From Candidatus Omnitrophota bacterium (GTDB taxonomy: Bacteria; Omnitrophota; Gorgyraeia; DTHP01): a stretch of 64,000 bases of DNA. Numbering within the stretch: position 1 is the first letter of the stretch; each line of letters starts with the position of its first letter. Shown in pieces: positions 27,370-37,267 of the stretch. Made by a program: the position numbers and the translations under genes. The DNA lies in assembly GCA_023819145.1 (NCBI GenBank), contig JAMWCW010000008.1:5584-69583 (forward strand), written 5' to 3'. The notes below the pieces were generated by a model. That model was not told the DNA's origin, searched no databases, and worked only from the letters and a program-made list of their open reading frames with translations.

Positions 27370-29226
27370 TTAATAATTTACCTCAAATATACGAAAAAAT
27401 CCCGATTCCATTTCTGTTTTATAGATTTCTTTAAAGCGGTTCGATTTAAGAAAAGTCCGCAGATTGGGTTTAAGTTCTTTTTCATAAGGACTGATGACAA
27501 TATGAGTGATTTTATATTTCTTGATGAAGGTTAAATCTGCGATACGATAAATCTCTTGTATATCTTTTTCTATCTCATCATATTTATATCCATGAGACCA
27601 GAGCCATCCCCGATAGCCCAAGATAATACTCCTTCCACTTAACATAGAAACAGGATGATTATGAGTATCTGAGGTTAAAATTAAAGCAGAAGGTGTTATG
27701 TTTTTTCTTACCCAAGAGGCAATCGCTTGTTCTTTCTTATTTGCCATTACAAAACTTATACGATTAAGGTAAATGTAGTCAATTACTCCAGAAAATACTG
27801 AAAAAAATAACAGGATAATTACTAAAAATAATCGGTCAGGTTTTTTCCAACGCGAGGTTTCTAAAATCTTTATCGGAGTAAAACTGGCAATAACACAACT
27901 TATGAAAAACCAATGCAGGAAATATTTAGCGTTGTCCCAGTCCAAGGGATGAACCATGATAAAGTTGGCCAAAAGAAAGATTATAAGAAAAGGTAGATAA
28001 AAAATAATCTCTTTTTTTCTTACCAGAAATAAACCTTTGATGAGTAGAAAGAAAATAAATCCGAAGTTATAAATCCAAAAAAGAAAAATGAGTATAGGAT
28101 TAGGTGAATTTAGCATCCAGCCCGGTTTGAGCCAAAAAGATTTATGTAAGGTGTTGCTAATGAGATAAAATACTTGAGGTAGACTTACGATAATCGCCGG
28201 AACGATAAAATAAATCCATTCTTTTCGGAGACGAAAGATGAAAAGAATTAAAGAAACAAAAATTAAAACTATAAAAGAAGAAGTATGGATCAATGGGAGA
28301 CAACCTAAAAGAAATCCTCCGAGGATAAGATTCTGTACGGAAATTCGCGGTTCGTTATTTTTAAAAAATTCTTTTAGAAGAATAAGATAGATAAATACGG
28401 AAATAGCCATTCCCCAGATAATTGTTCTCTGTGAAAGGAAAAGGACTGAAAGTGCATTTCCCCAGACAAGCCCTTTGGAATCAATTTTAGTATAGAAAGA
28501 TTGGGCAAAGAATATTTCTTTTGGCTCTTTTCCTAAAGCAAAGAGAAAACCAAAATTTCCATTAAGGAAGAGAAGAAGCAGACAAAATAACGCCGCAATT
28601 TCTGAATGGCTAAATTCTTTAGTAAAAAGAAAAATTATAGAAATAAGCCCAATTCCTAAGATTAGGTTAATAAAAACAATAGAATTTACATAACTTAAAC
28701 CCCCCTTATACATAATTGCTGAAAGAAAATCAGTGAGGAAGGGATAGATAAGTTTATGTTTTACGAGGAGAGGGTGGTTTAAGGTTAAAGGGGTTTTTTC
28801 CGAAAAATGCATCATATAAGTAAGATGGAGGGCATAATCTCCCCAGGCGGTAGACATTGCTCTTAAATTTCCTTGCGTATCAAACTTAAAGGTATTGAAA
28901 TTAACTAAAGAAAAGATTAAGCTGAAGAGGATAATGGTTAAAAGATAAGTTTTAGAGGGAAGAATTATTGAAGGAAATTTTTTCTTTTGAGCATATTTTA
29001 AAAGAGCCAGAGAGAAGAATACAGAAATTATAGTTACTACCAAAATTAATTTTATATTCAGTGAGCCAATAATCAGGGACAATATAAAGGTTATCCAAGT
29101 GGTAAGCGTAAAACCCAGAATTATCCCTAAAGTAAATTTTTCCTCAATCCGTGGGAATCCCCGAAAATATAAAGCAATACTTGTTCCTAAGAGAAAACTT
29201 GCTAAACAAAAAATTATCCCTATCAT
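27370..29226 (-). CDS. polytopic membrane protein, possible GT-C glycosyltransferase partner
   Basis: Approximately 14 TM helices. It abuts and is transcribed with the PMT-like gene at 29227..30726. Confidence 0.35.
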   Translation of the reverse strand: MIGIIFCLASFLLGTSIALYFRGFPRIEEKFTLGIILGFTLTTWITFILSLIIGSLNIKLILVVTIISVFFSLALLKYAQKKKFPSIILPSKTYLLTIILFSLIFSLVNFNTFKFDTQGNLRAMSTAWGDYALHLTYMMHFSEKTPLTLNHPLLVKHKLIYPFLTDFLSAIMYKGGLSYVNSIVFINLILGIGLISIIFLFTKEFSHSEIAALFCLLLLFLNGNFGFLFALGKEPKEIFFAQSFYTKIDSKGLVWGNALSVLFLSQRTIIWGMAISVFIYLILLKEFFKNNEPRISVQNLILGGFLLGCLPLIHTSSFIVLIFVSLILFIFRLRKEWIYFIVPAIIVSLPQVFYLISNTLHKSFWLKPGWMLNSPNPILIFLFWIYNFGFIFFLLIKGLFLVRKKEIIFYLPFLIIFLLANFIMVHPLDWDNAKYFLHWFFISCVIASFTPIKILETSRWKKPDRLFLVIILLFFSVFSGVIDYIYLNRISFVMANKKEQAIASWVRKNITPSALILTSDTHNHPVSMLSGRSIILGYRGWLWSHGYKYDEIEKDIQEIYRIADLTFIKKYKITHIVISPYEKELKPNLRTFLKSNRFKEIYKTEMESGFFRIFEVNY

Positions 29227-30726
29227 TTATATCCAACTCTTTATCCACATATAAAAATCAAATGTCTTCTGGCTTATGGGCAGACCATAGCTTAAAGGTG
29301 AAAAGATTAAGAAACAGCCAATTAATGTGAAAAATAGGGCTATTAACCAGTAGTGAGGAATTTTATAAATATTTCTTTTGGTTATAAAATAAAGATAAAT
29401 ACTGAATAAACTCCCCAGAATAATAAAAAAGCTTCCTAATAAAAAAGGAGTCTCTTGGGGAATATACCATAAATAAACGGCGCGGGAGATTAAAATAAGT
29501 AAAGGAAGCGCGGTAATTAAGGTAAATATACTTGGAAGTGGAGAGGGTATTTCTTCTATTGCTAGAAATTTATCTAAAATAACTGCGGTAGCAATTAACG
29601 CAAAGATAAGCGCCGTAAGATAATGATATAAAAATAAACAACGGGAAATAGACATAAAAGGGAGGAAGGAAATGATATAACCGCTTAAAATAATCTCTTT
29701 ACCTCTAAATTCAGCTAAATTCCTGAAAGGAAAGAATTTCTTAAGGAAGGTCAGAATAATAAGAGTAATTATCCCCAGTGTGGATAACCACCAGACAAAA
29801 GGGTTTCCTAAAAAGGTAATATTTTGCACGTGGTTACTTCCCAGAGAAGAATGCAAATAACTCACCGACCTTGCCATAAAAGGCCAGGTAAACCATTTGC
29901 TGGAATAGTGATGAGTTAGAGGGCGTGAATGGCTATAAAACATGCTTTTGTTTAATCCCATAACTTCTTTAAATCCTCCCGCATGATTTAATGTTTTGAA
30001 ATGGATGGAAATTGTAAAATAGTAAATGATTAAAGGAATAATTACAAAAGTAAGAAAATACATAATTATTTTTTTTGGTTTTTTCATTATTTTTAGACGC
30101 TCGGTGTAAAGAATTTCTATCAAAACTATCCCCAGACCAATTAAACCAATCCATTTAGTAGATATCGTAAAACCTCCACTCATCCCAGCGATAAAAAGCC
30201 AGCGTTTTCTTTTTCCATTTTCGCTTTTTAGAAAAGTATATATGGTAAAGATAATAAAAAAGATTAAAAATGGGTCAGGAGTAATAAACCGTGAATGGGT
30301 CAAAAAGGCGTTGTCAAAAAGAATAAATAAAGAAGCCAATAATCCTGCACGCGGAGATTGGGTAATTTTTTGTGTAAAAAGAAAAATAAGCGGTATTAAT
30401 AAAGCACCAAACAATGCAGGAACAAGTCTTAAAACAAAAAGAGGGGTCTCTTTGGGATATGCTGAACCAATATGCTCAAAACTTGTTTTTGGATCTAAAC
30501 TAAATAATTTTGCTAAACCTGCCATAAAGAGTTTAGCCAAAGGAGGATGGTCATCAAAAAAATATTCCCGCTTTAGATAACTTGAGATATATTTCCCATA
30601 GTGCACTTCATCAAAGACGACTTTATTGACAGAACTTAAATTAATTAAGCGGGTGAGTAAAGAGAGTAGGGTAAGAAAGAGGAGAATCTTAGAACGGTGC
30701 TGCTTAAATAAATTATTGTTTTGCAT
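29227..30726 (-). CDS. protein O-mannosyltransferase-like GT-C glycosyltransferase (GT39/PMT family)
   Basis: VVFDEVHYGKYIS first-loop motif closely matches the Pmt1 VVFDEVHFG signature; multipass membrane topology. Confidence 0.7.
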   Translation of the reverse strand: MQNNNLFKQHRSKILLFLTLLSLLTRLINLSSVNKVVFDEVHYGKYISSYLKREYFFDDHPPLAKLFMAGLAKLFSLDPKTSFEHIGSAYPKETPLFVLRLVPALFGALLIPLIFLFTQKITQSPRAGLLASLFILFDNAFLTHSRFITPDPFLIFFIIFTIYTFLKSENGKRKRWLFIAGMSGGFTISTKWIGLIGLGIVLIEILYTERLKIMKKPKKIIMYFLTFVIIPLIIYYFTISIHFKTLNHAGGFKEVMGLNKSMFYSHSRPLTHHYSSKWFTWPFMARSVSYLHSSLGSNHVQNITFLGNPFVWWLSTLGIITLIILTFLKKFFPFRNLAEFRGKEIILSGYIISFLPFMSISRCLFLYHYLTALIFALIATAVILDKFLAIEEIPSPLPSIFTLITALPLLILISRAVYLWYIPQETPFLLGSFFIILGSLFSIYLYFITKRNIYKIPHYWLIALFFTLIGCFLIFSPLSYGLPISQKTFDFYMWIKSWI

Positions 30727-30844
30727 TCGTTTTTAATATAAAATAAAGAACATAAAATGTCAATTTTATTTTAAATGATAAACAATGTTCTAATTTTTTA
30801 GAACACTTGTTTTAAACAGTTTTAAATTAGTTAAGATTTATTAA

Positions 30845-31540
30845 ATGATAAGAAACATTTCGGTTTTTTTCCCTGCTTATAATGAAGAAAAAAATATCGA
30901 AAAGGTAGTTTTATCTACTTTAGATTTTTTAAAAGAAATTACTTCCGATTATGAGATAATTATTGTTAACGATGGGAGCAAAGATAGAACAGGAGAAATT
31001 GCAGAAGATTTATCTAAAAAAAATCCACAGGTTAAAGTGGTCCATCACTCTAAAAATTTAGGTTATGGCTCGGCACTTACTTCTGGATTTAGAAATTCTA
31101 CCAAAGATTTGGTTTTCTTCATGGATAGTGATAACCAATTTGATATCAAAGAAATAAGAAATTTATTGCCTCTTTTAGAGAGCTTTGATGTAGTGGTGGG
31201 TTATCGGCTAAGAAGAAAGGACTCTTTTCATCGTAAATTGAATGCCTGGCTTTTTAATCTATTGGTAAATATCTTGTTTTGTTTAGGAATAGAAGATGTG
31301 GATTGCGGGTTTAAGTTATTTAAAAAAGAAGCAGTAGAAAATATAAAATTGGAATCAAAAGGAGCTTTAATCTCAACAGAATTATTGGTGAAAATTAAAA
31401 AAAGGGGTTTTAGAATAAAGCAAGTAGGAGTGCACCATTATCCACGGATGCACGGGAAACAAACCGGTACAAACTTTAAGGTGATTTTAAGGTTTTTTAA
31501 GGAATTGATTAAGATGGGATGGAAACTAAGATTTAGTTAA
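30845..31540 (+). CDS. GT2 polyprenol-phosphate glycosyltransferase (ArnC/GtrB-like)
   Basis: ISVFFPAYNEEKNI, IIIVNDGSKDRT, FFMDSDNQFD, VVGYR. Confidence 0.8.
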   Translation: MIRNISVFFPAYNEEKNIEKVVLSTLDFLKEITSDYEIIIVNDGSKDRTGEIAEDLSKKNPQVKVVHHSKNLGYGSALTSGFRNSTKDLVFFMDSDNQFDIKEIRNLLPLLESFDVVVGYRLRRKDSFHRKLNAWLFNLLVNILFCLGIEDVDCGFKLFKKEAVENIKLESKGALISTELLVKIKKRGFRIKQVGVHHYPRMHGKQTGTNFKVILRFFKELIKMGWKLRFS

Positions 31541-31578
31541 ATAGTTAAGTTGAATAGTTAAATGGTTAAATGAAGGGA
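31535..31578 (+). repeat. TAGTTAAATAGTTAAGTTGAATAGTTAAATGGTTAAATG stop-rich intergenic motif
   Basis: Same family as the repeats after etfB and etfA. Confidence 0.45.
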
Positions 31579-31585
31579 GAGGGGT

Positions 31586-31930
31586 ATGAAGCCATTCTTT
31601 CTTATTTTAATATCGGTGATTTTAGGAGTAATTGGGCAAGTATTCTTGAAAAAAGGAATGATTGGATTTAAGGGAGAATTTTCTACGCTATTAATTCATA
31701 TTATGCAGAATCCTTTTATTATTCTTGGCTTTTTCTTTTATCTTTTAAGCAGTCTTATCTGGTTAGTGATTCTTTCTAGGGTCGATTTAAGTTACGCATA
31801 TCCTATGTTAAGCTTGGGTTACATTGTGATTGTTTTTCTCTCCTGGTTAATTTTTAAGGAAAATATTACCTTTTGGCGCTGGGCGGGGGTAGTTTTAATT
31901 TCTTTTGGCATAGGTTTATTGCAGAAATAA
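31586..31930 (+). CDS. small 4-TM EamA/SMR-like protein (ArnE/ArnF-like polyprenyl-phosphate-sugar flippase subunit)
   Basis: 114 aa with 4 TM helices and SYAYPMLSLGYIVIVFLSWLIFKE. It sits next to an ArnC-like GT2 and is divergent to a PMT-like GT-C gene. Confidence 0.5.
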   Translation: MKPFFLILISVILGVIGQVFLKKGMIGFKGEFSTLLIHIMQNPFIILGFFFYLLSSLIWLVILSRVDLSYAYPMLSLGYIVIVFLSWLIFKENITFWRWAGVVLISFGIGLLQK

Positions 31931-31975
31931 GTTTAATTAGCTTCTATATCTTAGGTATGGTATAATAACTTTGCT

Positions 31976-33943
31976 ATGAAAAAATTTATAATCTTTAGCA
32001 TCTTTCTCCTGATTATTAATTTAAATCTCCTCTTTGCTGAAGGAGAAGTTTCTTCTTTACTTATAGCCCGTGAAAAAGATTATCAAGTAGAGAGATTAAG
32101 AAAATGGCTCGGAAATAACTTCCCTGAAATAGAAATAAAGCTACTTGATTTTGATGCAAAAGAAGCAAAGGAAATTTTATCCTTTTTAAAATTAGATTTT
32201 ATTCCTGCAGTAGTTTTTGAAAATCCTTCTTTATCCGAGGAGACGATAAAGAAGTTTCGAATTATCACCGAGGAAAACTATGCATACATTCCTCGCGAAG
32301 TCCTTAGGAGAATAGTAAGTTTGGAATTATATAAGCGGGAACTTATTCCCAATAGGTTAGAGATTTTCAGTATGAGTTTCTGCCCTTACAGTAATAGGGC
32401 AGAGAAGCGTTTAATTAATTATTTAAAAATCAGTAAATTAAATAATATAGATTTTAAAATTCACTATCTGGTGAATCTTAAAGAAGGTAAATTGGATGCT
32501 CTTCATGGTTTGAGAGAATTGAATGAGAACCGGAGAAGAGTAGTCATACAAAAATACTGGCCGAATAAGCTCTTTGATTATCTTTTATTACGTGATAAAT
32601 ATTCTTATCGACAAGCAATTAGAACCTTGGGAATAGGTTACGCTGAGCTAAAGGAAAAGTTGGTTGAGGCAGATAAGCTTTTACTCCAAGATTATCAATA
32701 CGCAAAGGAGTTAAATATTCATGCTTCTCCCACTTTTTTATGGCAGAATAAGTTTTTAATTTCCAGCCTTGAACAACTGACGATGTTCTCTCCTTTTGAC
32801 AAAGAGCACAAAATAGAAGAGCCAAACGCGGTGGTTGAAAAGAACATAAAAATACTTATGTTTTTTTCTCCCAAATGTCATGCCTGCCATAAGGTAAAGG
32901 AGGAATTTCTACCGGAAATTATCACCAAATACAAAAATTTGGTGGAAATAGTTTATTATAATATAGAAGAACCACAGAATTTTAGTTATTTAATGGAATT
33001 AGAAGAAAAATACGGTATTCTTGAGTCGGGGTCTATTCCCAAGATTTTTGTTGGTAATAACGTTCTAGTTGGAGCAGGTCAGATAAGGGAAAGTTTAGAA
33101 AAGATTATTCTCAAAGTTTCTGGAGAAAAGATGGTTTCTGTAACCAAGGAAAAGACAGATGAGAAAATTCCTGAAAGAATTATTAATCTCTTTAAAACCT
33201 TTACCTTTGGGACAATCATTTGGGCAGGATTAATTGACGGGATTAATCCTTGTGCCTTTACTACTTTAGTCTTTTTTCTATCATTCTTAAGTTTTGCGGG
33301 TTATCGTAAAAGAGAAGTTTTTTATCTGGGAACATTCTTTATTTTAAGCATCTTCTTAACTTATTTTTTTCTGGGCTTAGGAATTTTTAAATTCATTACG
33401 CAACTAAAAATATATCATACCTTAGTAGAAATCTTCTATATGCTAGTAGGCATCTTGGTAATCATCCTTGCTTTGATTAATTTCCTTGAATTCTTCCGTT
33501 ATAGAAAGACAAAAAATCTTGAAGATATAAAATTGAAACTTCCTCACGCTATTAAATGGCGAATTCAATCAATTATTGGAAGAGGATATAGAAAAGAAAA
33601 AGGCACAGAAGAAAAACCAATAGGTATATTGAGACTTGTCTTATTAAGTTTAGTGATTGGTTTTATCGTCTCTATTCTGGAATCAGTTTGCACGGGGCAA
33701 GTGTATTTGCCGACGATAACTTTTATTACTAAAGTTTCTGAGTTTAGAGTAAGAGCAATGCTTTATCTCTTTATTTATAATCTAATGTTTATTTTGCCGC
33801 TGGTAGTTATCTTTGTATTAGTGCTCTATGGACTGACTTCGGAGCGTTTTGCTAAGTTTGCTCAGCGGCATTTGGCAAAGATAAAATTACTTACAGCAAT
33901 ATTTTTCCTTGGTCTGTTTGTTTTACTCTGGAAATTGAGGTAA
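31976..33943 (+). CDS. thiol:disulfide interchange protein, DsbD/CcdA-type membrane domain fused to N-terminal thioredoxin-like domains
   Basis: Signal peptide, CPYS and CHAC thioredoxin-fold motifs, then a TM core with NPC and VCTGQ cysteines. Confidence 0.6.
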   Translation: MKKFIIFSIFLLIINLNLLFAEGEVSSLLIAREKDYQVERLRKWLGNNFPEIEIKLLDFDAKEAKEILSFLKLDFIPAVVFENPSLSEETIKKFRIITEENYAYIPREVLRRIVSLELYKRELIPNRLEIFSMSFCPYSNRAEKRLINYLKISKLNNIDFKIHYLVNLKEGKLDALHGLRELNENRRRVVIQKYWPNKLFDYLLLRDKYSYRQAIRTLGIGYAELKEKLVEADKLLLQDYQYAKELNIHASPTFLWQNKFLISSLEQLTMFSPFDKEHKIEEPNAVVEKNIKILMFFSPKCHACHKVKEEFLPEIITKYKNLVEIVYYNIEEPQNFSYLMELEEKYGILESGSIPKIFVGNNVLVGAGQIRESLEKIILKVSGEKMVSVTKEKTDEKIPERIINLFKTFTFGTIIWAGLIDGINPCAFTTLVFFLSFLSFAGYRKREVFYLGTFFILSIFLTYFFLGLGIFKFITQLKIYHTLVEIFYMLVGILVIILALINFLEFFRYRKTKNLEDIKLKLPHAIKWRIQSIIGRGYRKEKGTEEKPIGILRLVLLSLVIGFIVSILESVCTGQVYLPTITFITKVSEFRVRAMLYLFIYNLMFILPLVVIFVLVLYGLTSERFAKFAQRHLAKIKLLTAIFFLGLFVLLWKLR

Positions 33944-33946
33944 GCT

Positions 33947-35164
33947 ATGCCTAAATTTGTTTATAAAGCAAAAGAAGAACCAGAGAAAATAGTGGAAGGG
34001 ACAATAGAGGCAGAGAGTCGTGAACAGGTGATAGACCGTCTTCAGACAATGGGCTATTATCCCCTAAGCATCGTCGAAGATAGTGTTTTGAAAGAGGGAG
34101 AAAAATTTTCTTTACTCCGTGAAGAAGGGAAAGTGAAGCGTAGCGAATTAACTTTATTTACCCGTCAACTTTCCGACCTTATTGATTCGGGTATTACGCT
34201 AATCAGAGCTTTAAATCTTATTGAAGAACAGACTCCGGGTGTGATGATGCGCCAGTTAATTTCTTCCCTTGCAAAAGAGATAAAAGATGGTAAAAGACTT
34301 TCCGAATCACTTACAAAGTTTCCGCAGGTTTTCTCTCGGCTCTATGTGGCTTTAGTAAAGGCAGGAGAAGTGGGGGGTATGTTGGATGACGTTCTTTTGG
34401 GTTTAGCGGAATATTTAGAGAAAGAAGAAGAATTAAAAGCAAAGGTGCGGAGTGCACTTGCCTATCCTATACTCATGGCATGTGTGGGAGTGGCAACAGT
34501 TTTTATTCTCATGAGTTTTGTTATTCCTCGGCTTGCGGGGATGTTTAAAGATTTAGGACAAAGTCTACCGCTTCCTACTTTAATGCTGATTAGAATGAGT
34601 GATTTTTTGAAAGATTTCTGGTGGCTTATTCTATCCTTTCTTGCCTTTTTATATTTTGTTGTTCAACGGCGTGCACATACTCCGGAAGGAGGAATTATCC
34701 TTGACCGGTTAAAATTAAAAATTCCTCTTTTTGGAGAATTAATCAAGAAGTCGGAAGTTGCGCGCTTCTGTCGCACCCTTTCTACACTTCTAAAGAACGG
34801 TGTTCCTATTCTGGGAGCTTTGGATACTGTTATCCCCGTAATTGGGAACAGGGTAATTAAGAAAGAGATTGAGAAGATGTATAACGATGTGCGCGATGGG
34901 ATTAGCCTTTCTAAAACGATAACCAAGAGTCCATATTTTCCTCCTTTGGTTTCTAATATGATTGCGGTGGGCGAGGAAGGTGGCGTGTTAGAGAATTCGC
35001 TGATGAAAGTGGCAGAGTCCTTTGAGCGAGAAGTAGAGAGAGTGGTTAAGGTGATTACTTCTTTAATTGAACCGGCGTTAATTTTGGTAATGGGAACCGT
35101 TGTGGGCTTTATTGTAATTTCTATGCTTTTACCGATATTTCAGTTAAATCTTGTGTCATGGTAA
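33947..35164 (+). CDS. gspF: type II secretion / T4P platform protein (GspF/PilC)
   Basis: Two T2SSF repeats and 3 TM helices; located 4 nt after the preceding gene. Confidence 0.85.
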   Translation: MPKFVYKAKEEPEKIVEGTIEAESREQVIDRLQTMGYYPLSIVEDSVLKEGEKFSLLREEGKVKRSELTLFTRQLSDLIDSGITLIRALNLIEEQTPGVMMRQLISSLAKEIKDGKRLSESLTKFPQVFSRLYVALVKAGEVGGMLDDVLLGLAEYLEKEEELKAKVRSALAYPILMACVGVATVFILMSFVIPRLAGMFKDLGQSLPLPTLMLIRMSDFLKDFWWLILSFLAFLYFVVQRRAHTPEGGIILDRLKLKIPLFGELIKKSEVARFCRTLSTLLKNGVPILGALDTVIPVIGNRVIKKEIEKMYNDVRDGISLSKTITKSPYFPPLVSNMIAVGEEGGVLENSLMKVAESFEREVERVVKVITSLIEPALILVMGTVVGFIVISMLLPIFQLNLVSW

Positions 35165-35181
35165 AAGGGAGGTGATTTGGA

Positions 35182-35640
35182 ATGAGGAAAGGATTTACTT
35201 TGGTGGAATTGATGTTGGTAGTGATTATTTTGGGTATTTTGGTAGGGATGGTGGTGCCGCGTTTAGTGGGGCGCTCTGAAGAGGCAAGGAAGGCGGCAGC
35301 AAGAGCAGACATCCATGGAAGCATTGCCACCGCCTTAGATATGTTTGAGATGGATGTGGGAAGTTATCCTCAAAGCATTGACGAATTGTGCAAGATGCCC
35401 ACTGATGAAATAAGAGGAAAACGTTGGAAAGGGCCTTATCTTAAGAAGTGCGTTGAGGAGGAAGGTGGCGAATTAATTATCCGTGACCCATGGGGCAATC
35501 CTTATCAATACGCACCCCCTAGTCAGCAGGAGAAAAGAGAAATTTATAAACTATGGTCATGGGGTCCCGACGGTAATGATGAGCAAGGCGAAGGCGATGA
35601 TATTGCGAGTTGGAAGGAAAAAGAGAAAGGGCTTGAATAA
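35182..35640 (+). CDS. gspG: major pseudopilin GspG
   Basis: Prepilin leader MRKG|FTLVELMLVVIILGIL and ARADIHGSIATALDMFEMDVGSYP, matching the GspG core. Confidence 0.85.
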   Translation: MRKGFTLVELMLVVIILGILVGMVVPRLVGRSEEARKAAARADIHGSIATALDMFEMDVGSYPQSIDELCKMPTDEIRGKRWKGPYLKKCVEEEGGELIIRDPWGNPYQYAPPSQQEKREIYKLWSWGPDGNDEQGEGDDIASWKEKEKGLE

Positions 35641-35690
35641 GCAGAGAAAAAATTTTTTACACGAGGTAAGTCTAACTTAATTTATCAATT

Positions 35691-36200
35691 TTGGTGAAAA
35701 ATTTTATAAAGAGAGAGGGTTTTACCTTTATAGAATTATTCTCAATAATTTTGTTAATTACGTTTTTGGTAACGATTGCTATTCCCCGCTTTCGTTCCAC
35801 TTTTAGCACTTTAGAATTGGCCAATTTTTCTAAAAAAATCTCGACATTGTTGCGTTTTGCTCAGAGTAAAGCGATTGCCGAAGGAGTAGAAATTTATTTT
35901 TTAAAAGAGAAAAATTTATTATTTCTTACTAAAGATCCACCGCAAAATACCTCAGGAGGAAGAGAAATTTTAGAGGGAAGGTTTTCTTTGACTATTCCCC
36001 AAGCTATAAAAGTTATTTTTTCAGGAGCAAGAGAATTTGTTTTTCGTCATGATGGCAGTATCGATTTTATTGAACGCGACAAAGAATCCTCACAGTCACC
36101 CAAAATAATTGTTTCTAACGAAAGAACTAAATTCCAAATTATTCCCCAAGGAGTTATTGGAAGGATAACTTTAGAAGAAGTGTATGAAGTGTATGAATAG
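35691..36200 (+). CDS. minor pseudopilin (GspH-like)
   Basis: Prepilin-type N-terminus KREG|FTFIELFSIILLI. Confidence 0.55.
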   Translation: MVKNFIKREGFTFIELFSIILLITFLVTIAIPRFRSTFSTLELANFSKKISTLLRFAQSKAIAEGVEIYFLKEKNLLFLTKDPPQNTSGGREILEGRFSLTIPQAIKVIFSGAREFVFRHDGSIDFIERDKESSQSPKIIVSNERTKFQIIPQGVIGRITLEEVYEVYE

Positions 36201-36594
36201 ACTAGGTTATATATTAGTGGAGACATTAATTACGGTAGTTGTTCTTGCGGTGGGTTTGACTTTGGCGATGAATGCTTTGGGTTCAGAAATTCATGCCCTG
36301 CGTATTTCCAAGAATTACACCCATGCCAGTTTCCTTTTAGAAGAAAAGCTTGCGGAGATAGAGAAAAAGGGTGAAATTGATATAGTTAACGAATGGAAAG
36401 AGGGCGAGGTTTCTGGCGGATTCAGTGGGGATTATGAAAATTTTAGATGGATAGCAAAAGTTGAGGTTATATATGATAAAGAAGGTAAACCTACCAATTT
36501 AGTACAGGTAGCGGTTACTGTAATCTGGAGGGAGGTTTTTAGAGAACGGGAGCTGACTGTAGTAACCATTATGCCAAAGAAAATTACTTCTTGA
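36184..36594 (+). CDS. minor pseudopilin (GspI-like)
   Basis: G|YILVETLITVVVLAV prepilin N-terminus; approximately 130 aa. Confidence 0.5.
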   Translation: MKCMNRLGYILVETLITVVVLAVGLTLAMNALGSEIHALRISKNYTHASFLLEEKLAEIEKKGEIDIVNEWKEGEVSGGFSGDYENFRWIAKVEVIYDKEGKPTNLVQVAVTVIWREVFRERELTVVTIMPKKITS

Positions 36595-36598
36595 TTCC

Positions 36599-37267
36599 AT
36601 GAGAAAAGGTTTTACTTTTATAGAATTACTTTTAGCAATAAGTATTTTTGCTGTAGTTAGTGTTATGCTTTATTCGGTTTTTAATATGGGCATTACTGCC
36701 TGGAGGAAGATGGAGGCAATTTTAGAACGCTATCAGGAGTTAAGATTGCTTACGGACAGAATGGGACAAGAGTTGCGCAACGCTTTGGATTTAGATTTAA
36801 AAGAATCTTTTGATACAAGTGTAGAAACTTATGATTTCCAAGGGGTGTCCAATAAAATTATTTTTTACACACTGAAGAATGGAGAGATAAGACGTCTAAT
36901 TTATAGCATAGAACAAGACACAGAAAAGAGCAAGGAGTTAGAAAGAGATATTTTTTTAATTAAACGTGATGAAAAACCGTTCATTCCCTTACCTTTTAAA
37001 GAAGATGATTTTCAGGGAGAGGTTGTATTTGATTTAGTTAAAGAGTTAACGTTTTCTTATTTGGAAAGGAAAAGCGATACTGAAGAAAACTGGTTCAGTA
37101 ATTGGGGTGAGACTGACTTGCAAAAGAATAATTTACCTACTCAGGTAAAGATAAAAATTGTGTTTTTTATTCCTCAATTGGTCCCCATAAGTAGAAAAGT
37201 TGACTATCAGGAGATTAGCATAGAAAAATATGTGGATATCGTTAGCGCAAAAAGAGTGTTGCCGTAA
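36599..37267 (+). CDS. minor pseudopilin (GspJ-like)
   Basis: MRKG|FTFIELLLAISIFAVV prepilin N-terminus. Confidence 0.55.
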   Translation: MRKGFTFIELLLAISIFAVVSVMLYSVFNMGITAWRKMEAILERYQELRLLTDRMGQELRNALDLDLKESFDTSVETYDFQGVSNKIIFYTLKNGEIRRLIYSIEQDTEKSKELERDIFLIKRDEKPFIPLPFKEDDFQGEVVFDLVKELTFSYLERKSDTEENWFSNWGETDLQKNNLPTQVKIKIVFFIPQLVPISRKVDYQEISIEKYVDIVSAKRVLP

